From the NCBI GenBank assembly GCA_002633005.1, contig NMRA01001055.1, forward strand, positions 1 to 62,584: DNA of 62,584 nucleotides. The letters are read 5' to 3'. Made by a program: the position numbers and the translations under genes. The notes under the pieces are model-generated. The model did not search any database. It saw only the letters and a program-made list of their open reading frames with translations, and had not been told where the DNA came from. The first letter of the stretch is position 1; each line of letters starts with the position of its first letter. Below are positions 25,401 to 40,400 of this stretch, one piece after another. The stretch comes from Phoronis australis (Eukaryota; Animalia; Phoronida).

Positions 25401-28400
25401 CAATGGACATTTCTTGTTCATGAAGACGATTTTAAAATTTGGAGTAACAATGTTGTGTCATTTGCAAGCTCAGCTGTGACCAAGACCAAAAAAACACATA
25501 TGTTGGGGAAATCAAAAGATTCAGTGGAACTGGATTCAAAGAACACAAAACGACTCTACCGACCGACAGATGTAGGTGAACATACGTTTGCCTCGGGACA
25601 TTCTGTGTTTCTTTACTCCTCTGTAAAAATACAGGTGGTAAGACTGTAAGGTAAAGGAATCCATCAAAGTCAGGTCCAAACGTCCCATTTTGACTAGGGA
25701 TTTACATTTAGATGTGCAGTTCCCCCTTCCCCGTTCACACCGACATCTTTACAGAGCGAGGTGTAGGAAATGCGTCACCGACAAAGACCTGGTGGTCCAG
25801 GCCGAAACGTCTGCCTCCAACTAAACCAGACTCTTTCAATTCATCGAAAGACCAATGACCAACATATTTTCCCGAGTGCCAGTTTTTGTTTACAATCTCT
25901 TCTTTTTTAAGATCGTAATATCACAAGTAATTTCAGTACTGAGAATTGCAATAACCATTGAGATTTTTGATTTATGCACTTGATTCACTCACTAAGTAAT
26001 CGTGAACTGGAATTGAATCCTAACCGTGTGCTCTAGATACCATAAACAACTTTCAACAATTTTCAAGACTTTCAATACGCTTGGGCAGAAATTTAACTAG
26101 TCAAAACATGCAGAATCAAAATTAGTTGACACATAAAAAATTGGCAAGATGCTTGTTGGAATGTCTTGGTATATGTTCAGTTTTAAAGTTTTGTTATGTT
26201 ATGTAATACTAAGAGGAGTCAAAATCCAGAAGGCATTTATTGACTTTTTCATGAATTACTTCATTTCAATCGTTTATGTTTCGTCTCCTTGTGTTCTATA
26301 TATATATAACATGAATCAAAAGTATGGGTGAACATTCTGGTGCCAGCTTCATCTCGATCAGTGGCCAGCTCGCCAACATTTCTGTACGTTGTAACGCCAT
26401 TCTGGAATGCAACACACATCTGTAACCTTCCCCATCGTGCAGGTGTTAATTCCGATTTTATCGCAGGTTATCTGCCAAAAGTGCACAGGACATTAGCCGT
26501 CTTACATTTCTAGTTTTGGAAGAAGCACCGTTCTCATATGTGGTACATGTGTATCTGCCGTATGGATAAGAGCCTCTATCAACCACATGGTCTGAGGTTC
26601 AACATATTCAGTAATGTTCAAACAAATGATGACAGATCGAGCAGAACACATGAAAACATAGACCAGACACAATAATGCAAATGGCAAGAAGAATGGGCGC
26701 ACAATAACTGCCAGATCCAAGTCAGAGGTCACTCACCATTAATATCATCATAACTGTGTTCAGACATTCATCATTCAGCGAAAGGTACGACAAACGAAAA
26801 AAAGTCAGCGCATGACATTTCGCCCAGGAGTAAAACCAGAGTAGTGTCATGATGAAAAAATCGAAGATCATTAAGTAAAAACACAGGGAAATAACAATTA
26901 AATTTTATTGTCTCTGTGTCAAAGTCACTTGCTGCCAACAGTCCGATGCACCACAGTACACACTAGAATCTTGCGTAAATTGAGTAGCTCATCAGTGGCT
27001 AGAGACGTTTTGTTTGCCTAAGCAGACACACAGATGCTACTAATTTGCATTTCTCTAAACAAACCAGTTCCAAAATATGCCGGTCCTTTGACCGTACTCT
27101 GCGCACGTGATAAGATATTGCAAAATATATTCCGTAGTTTTTAATCCGTAAAGTTTCATAGGGAAAACAGGCCTTCGATGGAGGTCTGTTTGGTTGAAAT
27201 AATTCCTTCGATGGAAGGTTGTTTGATTCTAACTAAACCAGATTAACTACATAGGCGGATTTAGGGAGGGCCAATGGTGCACCCCTCTTGGCGGCTCAAA
27301 AAACTAAACCAGCAAAAGCACGAGGAAATACTGAGTTTATCAATTAACCCTCTTAACTAACATACGGCTGAAAAAAGATTTCACAATGTGTGGAGATTTA
27401 GTTAGTGTGTGCGTGGAGGGGGGGTTCACATCCAATTTCAAATGTCCGATTCAGACAACTGGCGCAATCGTGACGGTAACTATGGCTAAGTAATGCCGAT
27501 CCCAGTCGATAAGTGCGTGACATCCCAGGCGACAGGCAGTGGCGCTGCGCACTACCACTCCGTCTTCGTCGTCTGCTCCACTATGCAATGAAGAAAGAAA
27601 ATTACTTGATGTTTTTCAAAAGAATACGGAAGCTGAGTGATGACAAAGAAACAGAAGCTGCTGGTAAGATGCACATTTTAGTCGAAGCCTTAGTGAATCA
27701 CTCAGACAACCAGGATTTTCTCTTTGTCAAACATTAAAATTAATACGATTTGCAAACCAACCGCATAGTTATTGCCAACACGAAAAATTATTTGGTCTTT
27801 TGGGCAACANNNNNNNNNNNNNNNNNNNNNNNNNNNNNNNNNNNNNNNNNNNNNNNNNNNNNNNNNNNNNNNNNNNNNNNNNNNNNNNNNNNNNNNNNNN
27901 NNNNNNNNNNNNNNNNNNNNNNNNNNNNNNNNNNNNNNNNNNNNNNNNNNNNNNNNNNNNNNNNNNNNNNNNNNNNNNNNNNNNNNNNNNNNNNNNNNNN
28001 NNNNNNNNNNNNNNNNNNNNNNNNNNNNNNNNNNNNNNNNNNNNNNNNNNNNNNNNNNNNNNNNNNNNNNNNNNNNNNNNNNNNNNNNNNNNNNNNNNNN
28101 NNNNNNNNNNNNNNNNNNNNNNNNNNNNNNNNNNNNNNNNNNNNNNNNNNNNNNNNNNNNNNNNNNNNNNNNNNNNNNNNNNNNNNNNNNNNNNNNNNNN
28201 NNNNNNNNNNNNNNNCCCCCCCCCCCTTGTGATACCCTAGATCCGCCACTGAACTATTATGGCTAAATTCACAAAACCTACATATATTTTTCGAATTTGT
28301 TTTGCAAACTGAACACTTCAGCTTGAGCATGAAGGCGTATTGGTACAACTTAACAAAACTGTTTGGATTTGCGTGACAATGGTAACCGCACGGTTGGTTG

Positions 28401-31400
28401 ATTTACTGAACAATCAGAAAAATAAGATTTTGGTAAAATGTGTTTAATCGTAATCTTATTTTCCAGCTTGCATTTTGTTCGATGTTATTGACTGTGTTTC
28501 CCTGAGCTTGTGTTTCTAATCATATCAATACACCATCCGCAAAAGATTGCCTTTATGATTTCTTCCCGAAACAACCTCAATCTTCAGTTGCATTTTGGTA
28601 AAAATCCCATCCAGATGTAACTATGTATTGCAAATCTCTTGTATTTTGTTCCTTACCCAAACTTCTTAGAAACGCTCCTTGGCCTCGGTGAAAACTGGCA
28701 TCCCCCTACTGTTTGTGCCTGGACTTCAAAAGTTTTATCATGGTTTTCAATTGATGTGGTCAACATGGGTTGGATTTGGGTAGACCTACAGTAGACACAA
28801 GGTTTTGGTGATTTATATTCAAAAGTGTTTTTTTCTTTTCAACGTTTTCGTGATTAGTAATTAAGATGTACGGTGAAGTAGTGATTGTGAAGTTTGCTAA
28901 TACATGTTTCTGTAGGGTACGACAATGCTGCACCGGGCAGTAGAGGCGGAGACTACGGAAGTGGCGAGCTTCCTGCTCTCCACTGGGGCCAACGTAGACG
29001 CGCGAGACGAGGTAATAGAAAATAGTTGAAAAGTTATCAGAATTAAAACGATAAAATCTTTGCTAAAGCTGTAGGCTGTCTGATGTTTAACTGAATATGT
29101 TGTGTGGAAATACAATTTAATATTACTCGACATTATCTGTACCTGATGCTTGCAGTAACATTGAGGTTTTGAAGCGTGTCAATAAGATATTCAGCGACTT
29201 AACATTGATGATTTTCTATTCGTAATGGCAATCGTCTAATCAATAGCACAACTTCCTATTGAACAAAAAGCCGGAAAACGATGTATAAACACAGCTAGGA
29301 GGGCCAGGGTCATGCTATGGAGGTGCTCACAAATTTCAAGCTGGCGAAGTTTGCAGCATGTTCTGTTCATTCCAAAGTCACACGAAACGCACGAGTGTTG
29401 AAATCTTAACAGTTATTGTAGCGTCGTAGGTGTGTTAGTAATTTATGCTTATCGTTGATAGACCATTAACCCACATCCATTATAGACAACACAGGGCGGT
29501 TGGACACCGCTCCACTGGGCAGCATTTTGCGGTAGTAAACGTATGGTGGATTTGCTACTAGCCAACAAGGCCACCGTAGATGTCGCTACTAAGGTAATTA
29601 ATGGAAAGTTGGTTGTTGATTTGAATAAGTTCTTGACACAACGATGCCTAAAGCTATTTTTAAATAGCTTAAAAGATCTTTTTCATTGTTATGTCTATAG
29701 TTTATGCTAAATTAAATGTCGTCTCCTATTGACTGTCATCTCATTTATGTATTCCATAGTTGGGCGAGACACCGCTGTGCAAGGCAGCACAGCGTGGTTG
29801 GGCACCCGTGGCAGAGAGTCTGCTCCAACAGGGAGCCAACGTGAATGTCATTATGAAGGTAACTAAAGACACACATGAAGTTTGTTTGAAGCAGTTGTTT
29901 CCACTACGATGATGAACACACAAAACTTGACTAGGCTGGTTTAAATGATTAGTAAACATTGATGATTTCGTTGTAAAAGTTGGAATTTCTTGTTGTACTC
30001 CAGGACTAATGACGTCACGTGCCCGTAAGTGAGTTGTGCACGACTTTAAAATCAGTTTTCACATCAAATTAACTTGGCTCTGTACTAAATTGCTTTTAAA
30101 CAACCCTCAAAAACTGAATGTAGCTCTGTAGACTAGCTGAAGTTTAACTAAATGTTTTCTGTGAAAACACACTTCATATTTCTGCTGAATTCGACATATG
30201 ATATTAAATATGTACTTGGTCCATGCATCTTAAGGAACAGGGAGGTTTTAATCGTGTCAACAAATATTTGTGAGCTTAACGTATATACTTTGCTGTGCTT
30301 AATGGTAATCTTCCACTCAACATTACAACTTTGACGACACAATGGTTTCTTATTTGAATCAGTTGTATGCACAACGATTACTAAAACTGTTTAAGACATT
30401 TCTCATAATCTATTGTTCCTAAACAACAGGATGGTTGGACACCGTTGCACTTTGCAGCAAGCTGCCGTAGTACAGAGATGGTGAGATTGTTACTGGATAA
30501 CAAAGCCACTGTAGATGTCACTACGGAGGTAATTAATGACACATAGTTTAATTGTTTGAATAAATTAACACAACTATGATTCAAGCTGTTTAATCTTATG
30601 TGCTTTGTAACGTCAAATTAAAGGTGATCTTCTTTTAATTGTCATCGCCATTATATTTTACCTTGTGGGGAGACCAAAGACAAAGCTGTGCAATGCAGTA
30701 GAGAGTGCTCATAAATATTGTAAATGAGTGGTACACTGTCTGATTCAACACTGGGCAAATGTGAATATCCATAAGTAGGTAATTAGTGACACACAAGTTG
30801 CTTGGTTGAGGTAGTTGTTTACACATTGACTATGAACGCATAACACATGACTAGGTTTAGAAAAAATAACTAGTCATCGTTTATCATTTGGTTGTAAACG
30901 TCGAAATTACATTTCTTGTTTCACTTCTTCACGCAAGCCGTCATGTTACTTGTGCAATACTGAGGAGTTTAGTGTGAAAAGTCCGCGGAGAGCTGCCTTT
31001 TCCAGACATAAAAGGATACTTTTGTTGAAGCTGCAGTAACAGCAACTTAACTGAGAACCTCTGTGTTCAAATATCCTAAGTAAGTAAAAGTTGCACTGAA
31101 ATTGCATCGGTTTGTGCACCCCAAGAGAAAGTGAAATGTCAGCAGTGTGGAACATGCGTTTGGTGCGCACCGCGGCCAAATCTGATGTTTTCTCTTTGTT
31201 AGAACCGGTTAACTGCTGCATTATTCTTAATACAGTCCCCTTTGATGACTTTGGGAAAGTTCATTTACAGCAACCAAAAATTTGGAAACTCCATCTCACC
31301 GAAGACTTCCGAATGGGCCTCCAAACCCAACAAAACTTAAAAGACCATAAAGTTGACATCGGTGGTCATGTTGTCTAGAAGTTTGTCATGCCCACGTGTT

Positions 31401-34400
31401 TAAAGGCTGGTGAGGGATCTACATTTTCTGGTCTTGAGCAATTCCTCGAAGCTTTCTGCAAGTCAAACACATGAAAGTACGCAAGGAAACTGAGCGTTCT
31501 TTCCGAAATTATCTAAACGATTGTTGGTTTTCAAAACGGGGGGAGAGAATCGTCATCAGATATAAATGTGAATGGCTTATTGTGCGCGTACGTGCTGTTC
31601 ACAGTTATAACATAATTCAACCCATATTACAATATACGTGTACGTATGCCTAAGAACGTGCTCCGAGTCAGTGACCCTGTAACCAGTATGCCGTAAACTT
31701 TGTTTATCTAAATTTTGAAGACTTGCTTTGGACTTGGCCTCGTTTTATTAATGTAGCATCCTGACATCACACCACTCTTAACGCTTTGAAAACGCAACTC
31801 TTTCGTTACGCAGATACGTTTTCTGCCCACGTGTACGCCTACATTTGATGTACGACGTGGGCACCGAATCTCTAAATGCACCAACCAAACATATTAATTG
31901 ATGAAAATGCCCTCGAAAGTGAACTTTTTTAAAACACCGTGTTGGCTGTATTCGTCAGTGTAGAAAAGCGAAATGAACAGTTTGTACACACAGCTCAAAA
32001 CACTTTTCTGGACATACGTAAACACCAACGTCTCTGTCTTACAACGCTGTATGTGCTTGGCATTTCTGCTGAAGCGCTCTCATGCTAGATGTTTTAAGAT
32101 GGAGTGCTGTTTCAAAAAATTGTTGTAGGTCTTCTAACAGATGAGCACAGAAGAATAATTCTCCACCTTGGTTTATTTTTTATCATTTTTTCGATATCGC
32201 AATCGCTTTACCAAAGATTCACGAACATTTGCCGTGTAGAGACAAATACCTCTTCACCACGTATTCATATGTTCCCGTTCAAAATTATTTTATTTCACAT
32301 AATTTGTCAATATGTTGTTGACAGAAAATATTTATTTTTGGAATAACGTGAACGAAGAACTGATACATGTAACTAGAGCAGATTTTAACGTCACCGATCC
32401 ACTAAAAAGGGAATACACAAAGCTAGAATTGACACTCAGTCAGGTCATTAACCAGTCGTGGATCAGGCGTTACAGTAAAACACAACTCCCTTGCTAAGCA
32501 CAAAAACGACATCGTATTTGGCTAATATTTATCGCAATTCTCCTTGAAGAAACTACAATAAAAAAATTCTCACAAAAAGTTCATTTTCGGAAGCCAATTT
32601 AAAAAAAACCCGTTTTAGTCCACAATAGTTTTGTTCATTTCAGCTGGCGTTATATTTACTTGGAGTCATCGCTAATGCAGTAATTGCCCTGCTCCACACA
32701 AAAGGAACAAACCAATGATGTCGATGGGTTCTGTCTACACCTTAGCTGCGAATTACAATTTCTTAGACATTGTGCTGGAAGAAAATAAATTCATGCATTT
32801 ATTTGCCGGCAGGTTGACAGATTTCACGAAATGAACAGCAAAATACCGCATTTAAGATGGTCCGGTCAATAGGTTAAAAAATGGCGGCATAGTATCGTGT
32901 GTTATACTACTTGAAAGCAAAGCTGAGGGAAATATCATTGATCAAATGTGTAAACCTGTCTCAAATAGTGGTGATCACACCAGATCAAACCCTGAGGTGT
33001 GTACGTAAAAATGGGATGCCTGGCTGGGGAAATGGAGAAAATGTTGCACCCTGAAATGAAATGATCGTTTGGCTTAAACCTGGTCTAAGTCTATAGTTTA
33101 AAGGTGTAATAGTCTAAAAAGGTCACTGACGACCTTTCGGTCTATAAAAGCATGCACTTTCTGTTTCTATTAAAATTGCTATTTGCTCATTGTTCGTTAG
33201 CTCGAAGTACATACTGTAGAAATGAAGTCAAGGATTGGACATTCTTTCATTAATGGAGGTGAAATCACTTGTCTCATGAGGGGCCATTTTTTGTGTCGCA
33301 GCTTGGTATATTACCCCTTTCGATACATGAAATTAAGAGCTCATATTAAACATCGCTGACGTTGGCCGTTTTTGTTGCACTTCCATTTAAATCTGTTTCA
33401 AATCACAATGCTAACCAACTAAGAATATTTGGGCCCGTTCCACATAAAACAGTAGCCTGTTTTGTTCGTCCGTTACCAGGTACTCTAATTAACCGGCGAC
33501 CTCAGCCAACTAGTCCTTAGTTCGTGAAAAATGTCTGCCTCCAGAATTTAACTCATTGCACTTTTTGAACTTACACATCACCGTGGAACGATCCCCATTT
33601 CTTTCAAGAGAAATGTTTTCAACAAGAAACAGAATGATTACACGGTGGGTGTCCACCAGTTAAGATTAACTCGGGAGTAAAATATTGCTGCCTGAATTCA
33701 ATTCTTTGTGGCAAACTACAGATGGATATAGTTAAATTTACTTGTATAAACGATACAATGCTTTCCGATAGTGAAGTGAGGTTGGTGCACGTCTGAAGAA
33801 GATTTTAAATCTCAGCCTCCTCCTTTCCAAAAAGTAGGCCTAGTCTGCATCCATAGCTGTCAAGACGTTCCTCATGTTTCGGCTGAAGATAGGAGCACCT
33901 TCAAAATTCTTGTGGAACAGCACTCCTTGTCAATTTTACAAAGCCTAATGAAAACATAGAACAATAAACGGGATGATTTAAAATCTTTGGAAGACCATGT
34001 TGTTTTAGCAATTTGCTAACTATGTATTGTCCTCGTTAAATAAATTTAAAACTGTTAAACACAAAAACGAGCAATAGTAGTGATAGATATAGTATTGATA
34101 GTAATAGTAGTGTGATGCTAATAAAATGATAACATGTAGCCGTATTTCTGTTGTGTCAGAACGGAGGTAATTCCTATAGCAGAGTTTAACAAAAAATGCA
34201 TCCCAAAAGGGTGATTTTTCACAGACAACATACATTCCGAAAACGGTGCCATTTTCGACAAAATTGTTTGTAGAAGGTGCCTTTCCACAATTCCTGGATT
34301 AGAACAGTGCGAATTTTTACCCAAATTAGTCTCTAAATGGGTGACTACTTTGTCCGAGCCCACTCTCTTAATGTGTAGGTATTCAAATTTTTCGGGCTAC

Positions 34401-37400
34401 ATCCCCCATCAAAAATAAACCATTACCACGCGGCTGCGTTATATGACACTTGTTCTTGCTTTTGGTCGCTTTCTTGATGACCTTGAATTCGTAAAATGTA
34501 GCAACGGCACATTTCTTGCATGTGCTTTCGACCTGAAACAGAACAAATTCGTGAAACGTAACAACTTGTTACATTTTAGGAGAATTTTAGCCACGTAAAA
34601 TGATACAATGGCGTAAAATGTAAAATTTTATGAAATTGTTAGATTTTACTGCGTATCACAGCTCACATGTAATATAGATGTACGTGAATTACCATTTTAG
34701 TTGGAGAATCATTCTAACAGCTAGTGACAATCGTAATTAACTGGGTACTTTCTTGCTTTGGCGTATTAAAATCCGAAATTAATACCGAAATATTTTTGCA
34801 CGGAAATTACATGTAGTTGCGTACTTATCATCTCCAGTAACACTTTACCCGGTACTGCAGCACTAAACGCTGATCTGACGGATGACAAGTATTTGTTTGC
34901 AAATCACGTCGCAGATGTAACAGCTGTCAGGGAAGTACGGATTTTGTACAATGCTGGTTCTGCGTTATGATAAGGATGAATCAGGATCGTTTCAATTTCA
35001 TCGTTTTTATTCAGTTGGATTATCCACTCAATTTTTATCAGCATTCTTTCACATTTTAAATAATGCTGTTGCCTCAGCCTTTAAAGTTTATGTTCGGAAA
35101 TCGTGCTGCGTTTGATTACAAATTTATTTTAATTCACGACGTGAATGAAATCCATCCTCATCGTTTCTTTCGGTTTGTATTTTGAACATTTGCTCAGACA
35201 TCTTCACTGAAATTATAACGGCAATATCACGTACACAAACCCGCTAAATCAATGAAAAGTATCTCTGTCTGTTCAACTGCATATTTTAGTCTTACTGTAT
35301 TGTCAATGGTTGTAGCCATTCGGGAATTCAGTGAAGTTTCCTGTAGAGCGTATAAAATAACTGTTGTACAGTGCTGTAGTGGGGGGTAGGCGCACGTAGG
35401 CGCAGCCAACCACCTTTTTGTTTTCTAATTTAGCGCCTACCCACCGAAAATTACGGTATGGTGAGGCGTACGCGCAGGTAGACGCAGCCAACCACCTTTC
35501 TACATTTTAAGGTAGCGCCCATAAACGTGCCGTACGTGACGGTTAAGTGGGGCGTAGTATTGAAACGATTAGGTTACGGCATCAATGCGCTGCTCCGCTG
35601 ACGGCAGCATTGTTGCCGAACTTTTCGGCGGGCGCAACAACCAGCCATGGTTCGATGAGCTATTGGCAAACAACATAAACACCATCAGCCTTACTTTGCT
35701 CTTTGAAAGGCACGCGGTTCCTGCAGCTGGTCATTGCAATGGACTCGTCCAAACGAAACGAACCCATTGCTGCCGAATTATAAGTTTAACTGAGGGCTTT
35801 GAAATTTTGTGCCGCTATGAAACGACAATCAACTGGTTACCAATCGGTACTAAAATATTTTAAGAGGATGCCGAGATCAGAAAGCACGGAACCAAATCCT
35901 CATGCTGAAAGTGAGTCATTTGCTGAAACTAGTATCCTGAAACGGATCCCTCCATGTCTGAAACGGGAATATCTGCAGGTTATCCAGATAATGACTCGTC
36001 ACAGTGGCCAAGCGTGTGGAATTACGGTCAGTGAATGGAATTCAAGAAAAGTATCCCTGGTTGGAAAACAAGGATGGAAAGCTGGGTTGCGTTTCTTTCT
36101 ATAATGTAATAGACCTAGGTTTGATGAAAGAAAGTGGCGTATCAATATATTCGGAGTGGACACAGTTTCTGATAGAAGCAGCTGGAGCTTCCCGACAACC
36201 TAACTTAAGTCGCTCAGGAGTAAAATCAGTTGTCATGTGAGCTCTAAAGCCCTCAACAATGCTCAAAGTATTGACGAAACGAAAAGTAAAAGAGCAATTG
36301 AAAATACATTGCAGCTCATGAGCAGACTACAACGGAAAAAAGTCTTCAGAACAGCATATTCACTTGTTCAAATGAATCGTCCGTTCAAGGATCACGAGCA
36401 TCTCATAAACCTTCAAAAACTGAATGGTTTGATTTTGGGTGTTACGCTCCATTCTTGTATCAGTGCAACGTCCATAATCAAGCACATAACCCAGCGAATG
36501 CGCGAAAAAATCGTCAATACAGTTGTGGCAGAGACAGCAAGATAACTGTGTTAGTCGATGAAGCGACAAGCAAATTAAGAGTGACTCCATATAAAAACCA
36601 ACAGGTGGAGTCTATACCCAAAATCACAGATTATTTTGAAACTTAGAACATGAGTTTGGTTTGTTGAGATATAGAAAAACCTCACTTTTTACGAATTTTC
36701 AATCATTACTTTTCTTTTTATAACCTGTACCTCCATTTTGCAACAATATTGGGCGTCGAAGTAGGCATGTTTGAATGCATTTTACTAGCATGTATGGTAC
36801 GGTCAAAACAAATGAATGATACGAATTGAAAGGGCAATGGCTGAATAATTTAATGGCATAACTTTCAAAATCCATTTTTAAATTGGTACGTTTTGAATTT
36901 GTGAGGCAAAACCGGCTATTTTTCAGGTTTTCACTGAAGCCATTTTCGGCCAAATTTGGCACTCTGTAGCAGCCATAACGCACCTTTCCTGAAATTGACT
37001 TTATAATAATTTGTTCAGTCATTCCTAATCTGTTCATAATCTAAAATAAAAAATCTTGCCTCTAACGTATTTTTTTGCGTACGAAGCATTACACGAACTG
37101 CACTCCGTCCTTTTGCATGTTCTCAGTTGCCTCTGCTACCAATAGGGGGCTATTGGAACATATAATTAGCTTGGGAAACACGACATAAAAACCTTGTATT
37201 TCGGAGAAAAGTCAGGCAGCATTATTAATTACCATTCTCTGAAAACGGCATTGATGATTATTGCTTATTACAAAAAATATGTATGTAAATCAACTGCATG
37301 CGTGCTTCTAGATGATAGATGGCGCTGCTTTTGTTTACGTGGAGACTGAAGACGCATCTAGAATAAGAACAGTAACACGAGGACCTTGCTATAATTCAAG

Positions 37401-40400
37401 ATTTCGCGAGATATTGCCATGCATTTTAAATGAGAACAAATGGTTTTGGATAAATTTTAGAGAGGTTCTAGTGTTACTGAACGCACCCCTGTCTTACTCT
37501 TGTTTTCTATCTGCCTTTTTCGTGCCACAGGCAAAGGAAGGCACCCAAGGTCGATATGGCCCCCAGTGTTCAGTGCAAAAAATCCTTCAACTTGTAAATA
37601 GTCATTGTAACTTTGGGCTCATATTGTAATGTCCCTGCTGGTTGATACAAATTTTAGTCGCCACCAGTCGCCAGAAATCTGGTGTTCCCCCCACACACAC
37701 CGGGCACCCTAACGCTGAATATTTCTGCCAGTGTGATCATCAGCCGGTTAAAAAGGTAAAAATTCACAGTCAATTGAAAATAGTTCACGAGAGACAATTT
37801 ATTAATGACTCATTCATGACTGACATGAAGTAAACAGAAGAAAAGGTCTCGACTTCATATATCACATATATTTGACTGGTTGTTATGCTGCAAAACAAGG
37901 CTAAACGTTGAGCTCATTTACCACATGAAGTAATTCTGACGACGTAACAGCATCTTCACCAGAAATAGCATCGACATAAACATTGCTGCAGACAACCTCG
38001 AAAAAATCCACCAATCTGCGATTCACTTAACATCACAGGTAAACACTTAACCAGGGAGTTCTCGTAATATTTTCTCCATTTTGGCACTTCCGAGTGTGAA
38101 CGTTTTTACCTGACTTATCTCCTTCATCGAATATGTTCGTCAGAAAGTTCTTAACCTTTACTGAAAATCTTGTTGACCTTTTACCTTTGCCTAACCTATT
38201 GCTTCAGCAATCGTCTCATCCAAATAGTACTCTGAGGCTGCCTCAAATGACGCTCCGGTTCTTGCATCTGAAAGCATTTCTGACAACTGTCGTGCCATGA
38301 GGTCATACGTGGTGTCCCTCTATAAATGTTCAGTGCGGTTACCCACACCCAAATGCTGACCTAGTTATGCGTCTGTAGCAAAAAATTTCGAGTAACCTTG
38401 CTGGGTACAAGGGAAATTTTGTTGAGGCTCATCACTAGAAAATCCGCCATGTCTAGAGATGTTAGTGTGTTTTAGAGAAATAGATTTTCCATTTTCTCAG
38501 TATTTATAAGAACTTACCTTCACCTACATGGAATGATTTCCACACGTGAATTCCTTGGGTGGAATAGTGGGAATTGAGGAATGTTCTTACACCAGGAACT
38601 TAATATTTTGGAAAAGACTTTGTTGCATTGACTGAACATGCATACAGATAACATCCCTTCACACGGCCACTGGAAAGTAATGCTTTTTTCAAATCAAGAA
38701 AGTTTATGATATTGTTACCTTCGGCTACAAAGTACTTCACATGTTGTTTGAGTGGAGCGATCTCGCGATCACAGAGATCCTTTCCATTCTGACTTTCACT
38801 AAAGTCATACCTCGAAACAGAAATGCTAGTAGAATTTGACAAGGCTGCTACGTTCAGGAGGAGAGGAGCAGAGTGGTAACATCCAGCATTACCTGACTCT
38901 TCCATGACTGGTCCTGCTCAGTCAGAAATTCACCAACTCGGAGTAGTACGAGTCCGTACTCTGGCACAGGCCTTGCTGTGTGAGGTACTTTCCTGTATCT
39001 CAGTGGTGTATTTGACATAACTCACTAAAGCACAAAGGTTTGTGATCGGATTTGTTGCAGAATAAACTCTAAAGGAACATGAAGGCCCATCGACATCGTC
39101 CGCCATTTTGTCTTTTTAAAATGCACTTGCTTCTCTCAAAACCAGTCATTACAAATATCAATTCTTACTCGTTTAATCTCAAAGGCAATTATTTCCATTT
39201 AAAAGTTCTTCAGAGTGTTTAAATTGACCTGGTAATTTAAAAGAAATGATAGAATATAAGACGGTTACACGTGCATTTTTTATATATCCTCAAGCTTAAC
39301 ATCAACTGAATCCCTCCATGGGCAAAGGTCATCGGGTTCAGTTTTGATACTAGCCACGTAATAAACCCGGAAAACATCTTGTTTTCATTTGAAAGAGTTT
39401 AGACTTGGTTTCTATAACTATTAAAATCAGACTTCTTGCCTAAAAGTTTGTTCAAATGGTCTGTAAACTCTGCTCGTCATTTCCAAACTATGAAAAGTAT
39501 TGCAAGACAATTTTCACTGAAGTGCAAATTTGAGGCAAGATTTTTTATTGCTCAGTCATCAAGACTAACTCTTTAACTGTATGTTAAAAGGTCACATAAG
39601 GCTACAAGGTGTTTTATGGCAGTAAGAAGGTCACAAAAATGGCCACTAAAATTAGCCCCAAAAAGTGGTCTGTGGATTATCTCCCGTGTAAAACACAAAA
39701 CTGTCATATTTTAATGAATAGCACAGAATTATGCACAGTATACTTTGGTTATTTAAGCCACCAAAATATAGCTTTTGATCTATTTTGTATGTTACTCATT
39801 TTTGTTGCTGAAAACATGCGATTTTTGAGACGGCTAATATGCCATATTGTGCCATTTTGTGTCATCGTGCTCCAGCGGCGAAATTAGGGGTCATTGAGTG
39901 CACAAAATTTGGCATTTGGGTTTTTGTTAGGATACCTACCCATGTACAAAAAATGAAGTTGTTTTAAATTTTGACGTATAGACTGATTTTTGAAAATCTA
40001 CTGGTTTTTATATGGACTGCCTCTTAAGTGCTCTGATCATTGACATAAGAGCATCTATTGGTGGTAGCGATCCACTTTTTTATAATGACTGACCATGTCC
40101 AGCTTGAACAACAAACTGCCGAATCCATTGAAGCGTTCCTATTGAACAGTCTACAACACTGTGGTTGTTCGATGGAATATTTACAAGAGCATCTCGTTGC
40201 ATTTGCAAGGGACGGATCCAGTGTCTTGACAAGAAAACGTTCTGGAGTTGCAACAAGATTACGCGAACGCTTCCCTAGACTTTTGAAATGGCACTGCTTA
40301 AACCACAGACTTGAGTTGGCAGTTGGGGATGCCGTGGCAGAGGTGACTGGGTGTGGTCATTTCAGAGTATTTATGGACAAACTCTATTCACTTTACAGCA

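Noticed and set aside
27750-28348. ORFs of 146-186 aa
   Set aside because: N gap inside the second copy of the same repeat family.
32660-32760. QTNDVDG resembling the Ulp1 protease QxNxxDCG motif
   Set aside because: Catalytic Cys absent and no supporting frame.
34480-34660. gtaaaatgta-type subterminal repeats ending in ACA (Ginger-like end)
   Set aside because: No partner end or TSD found.
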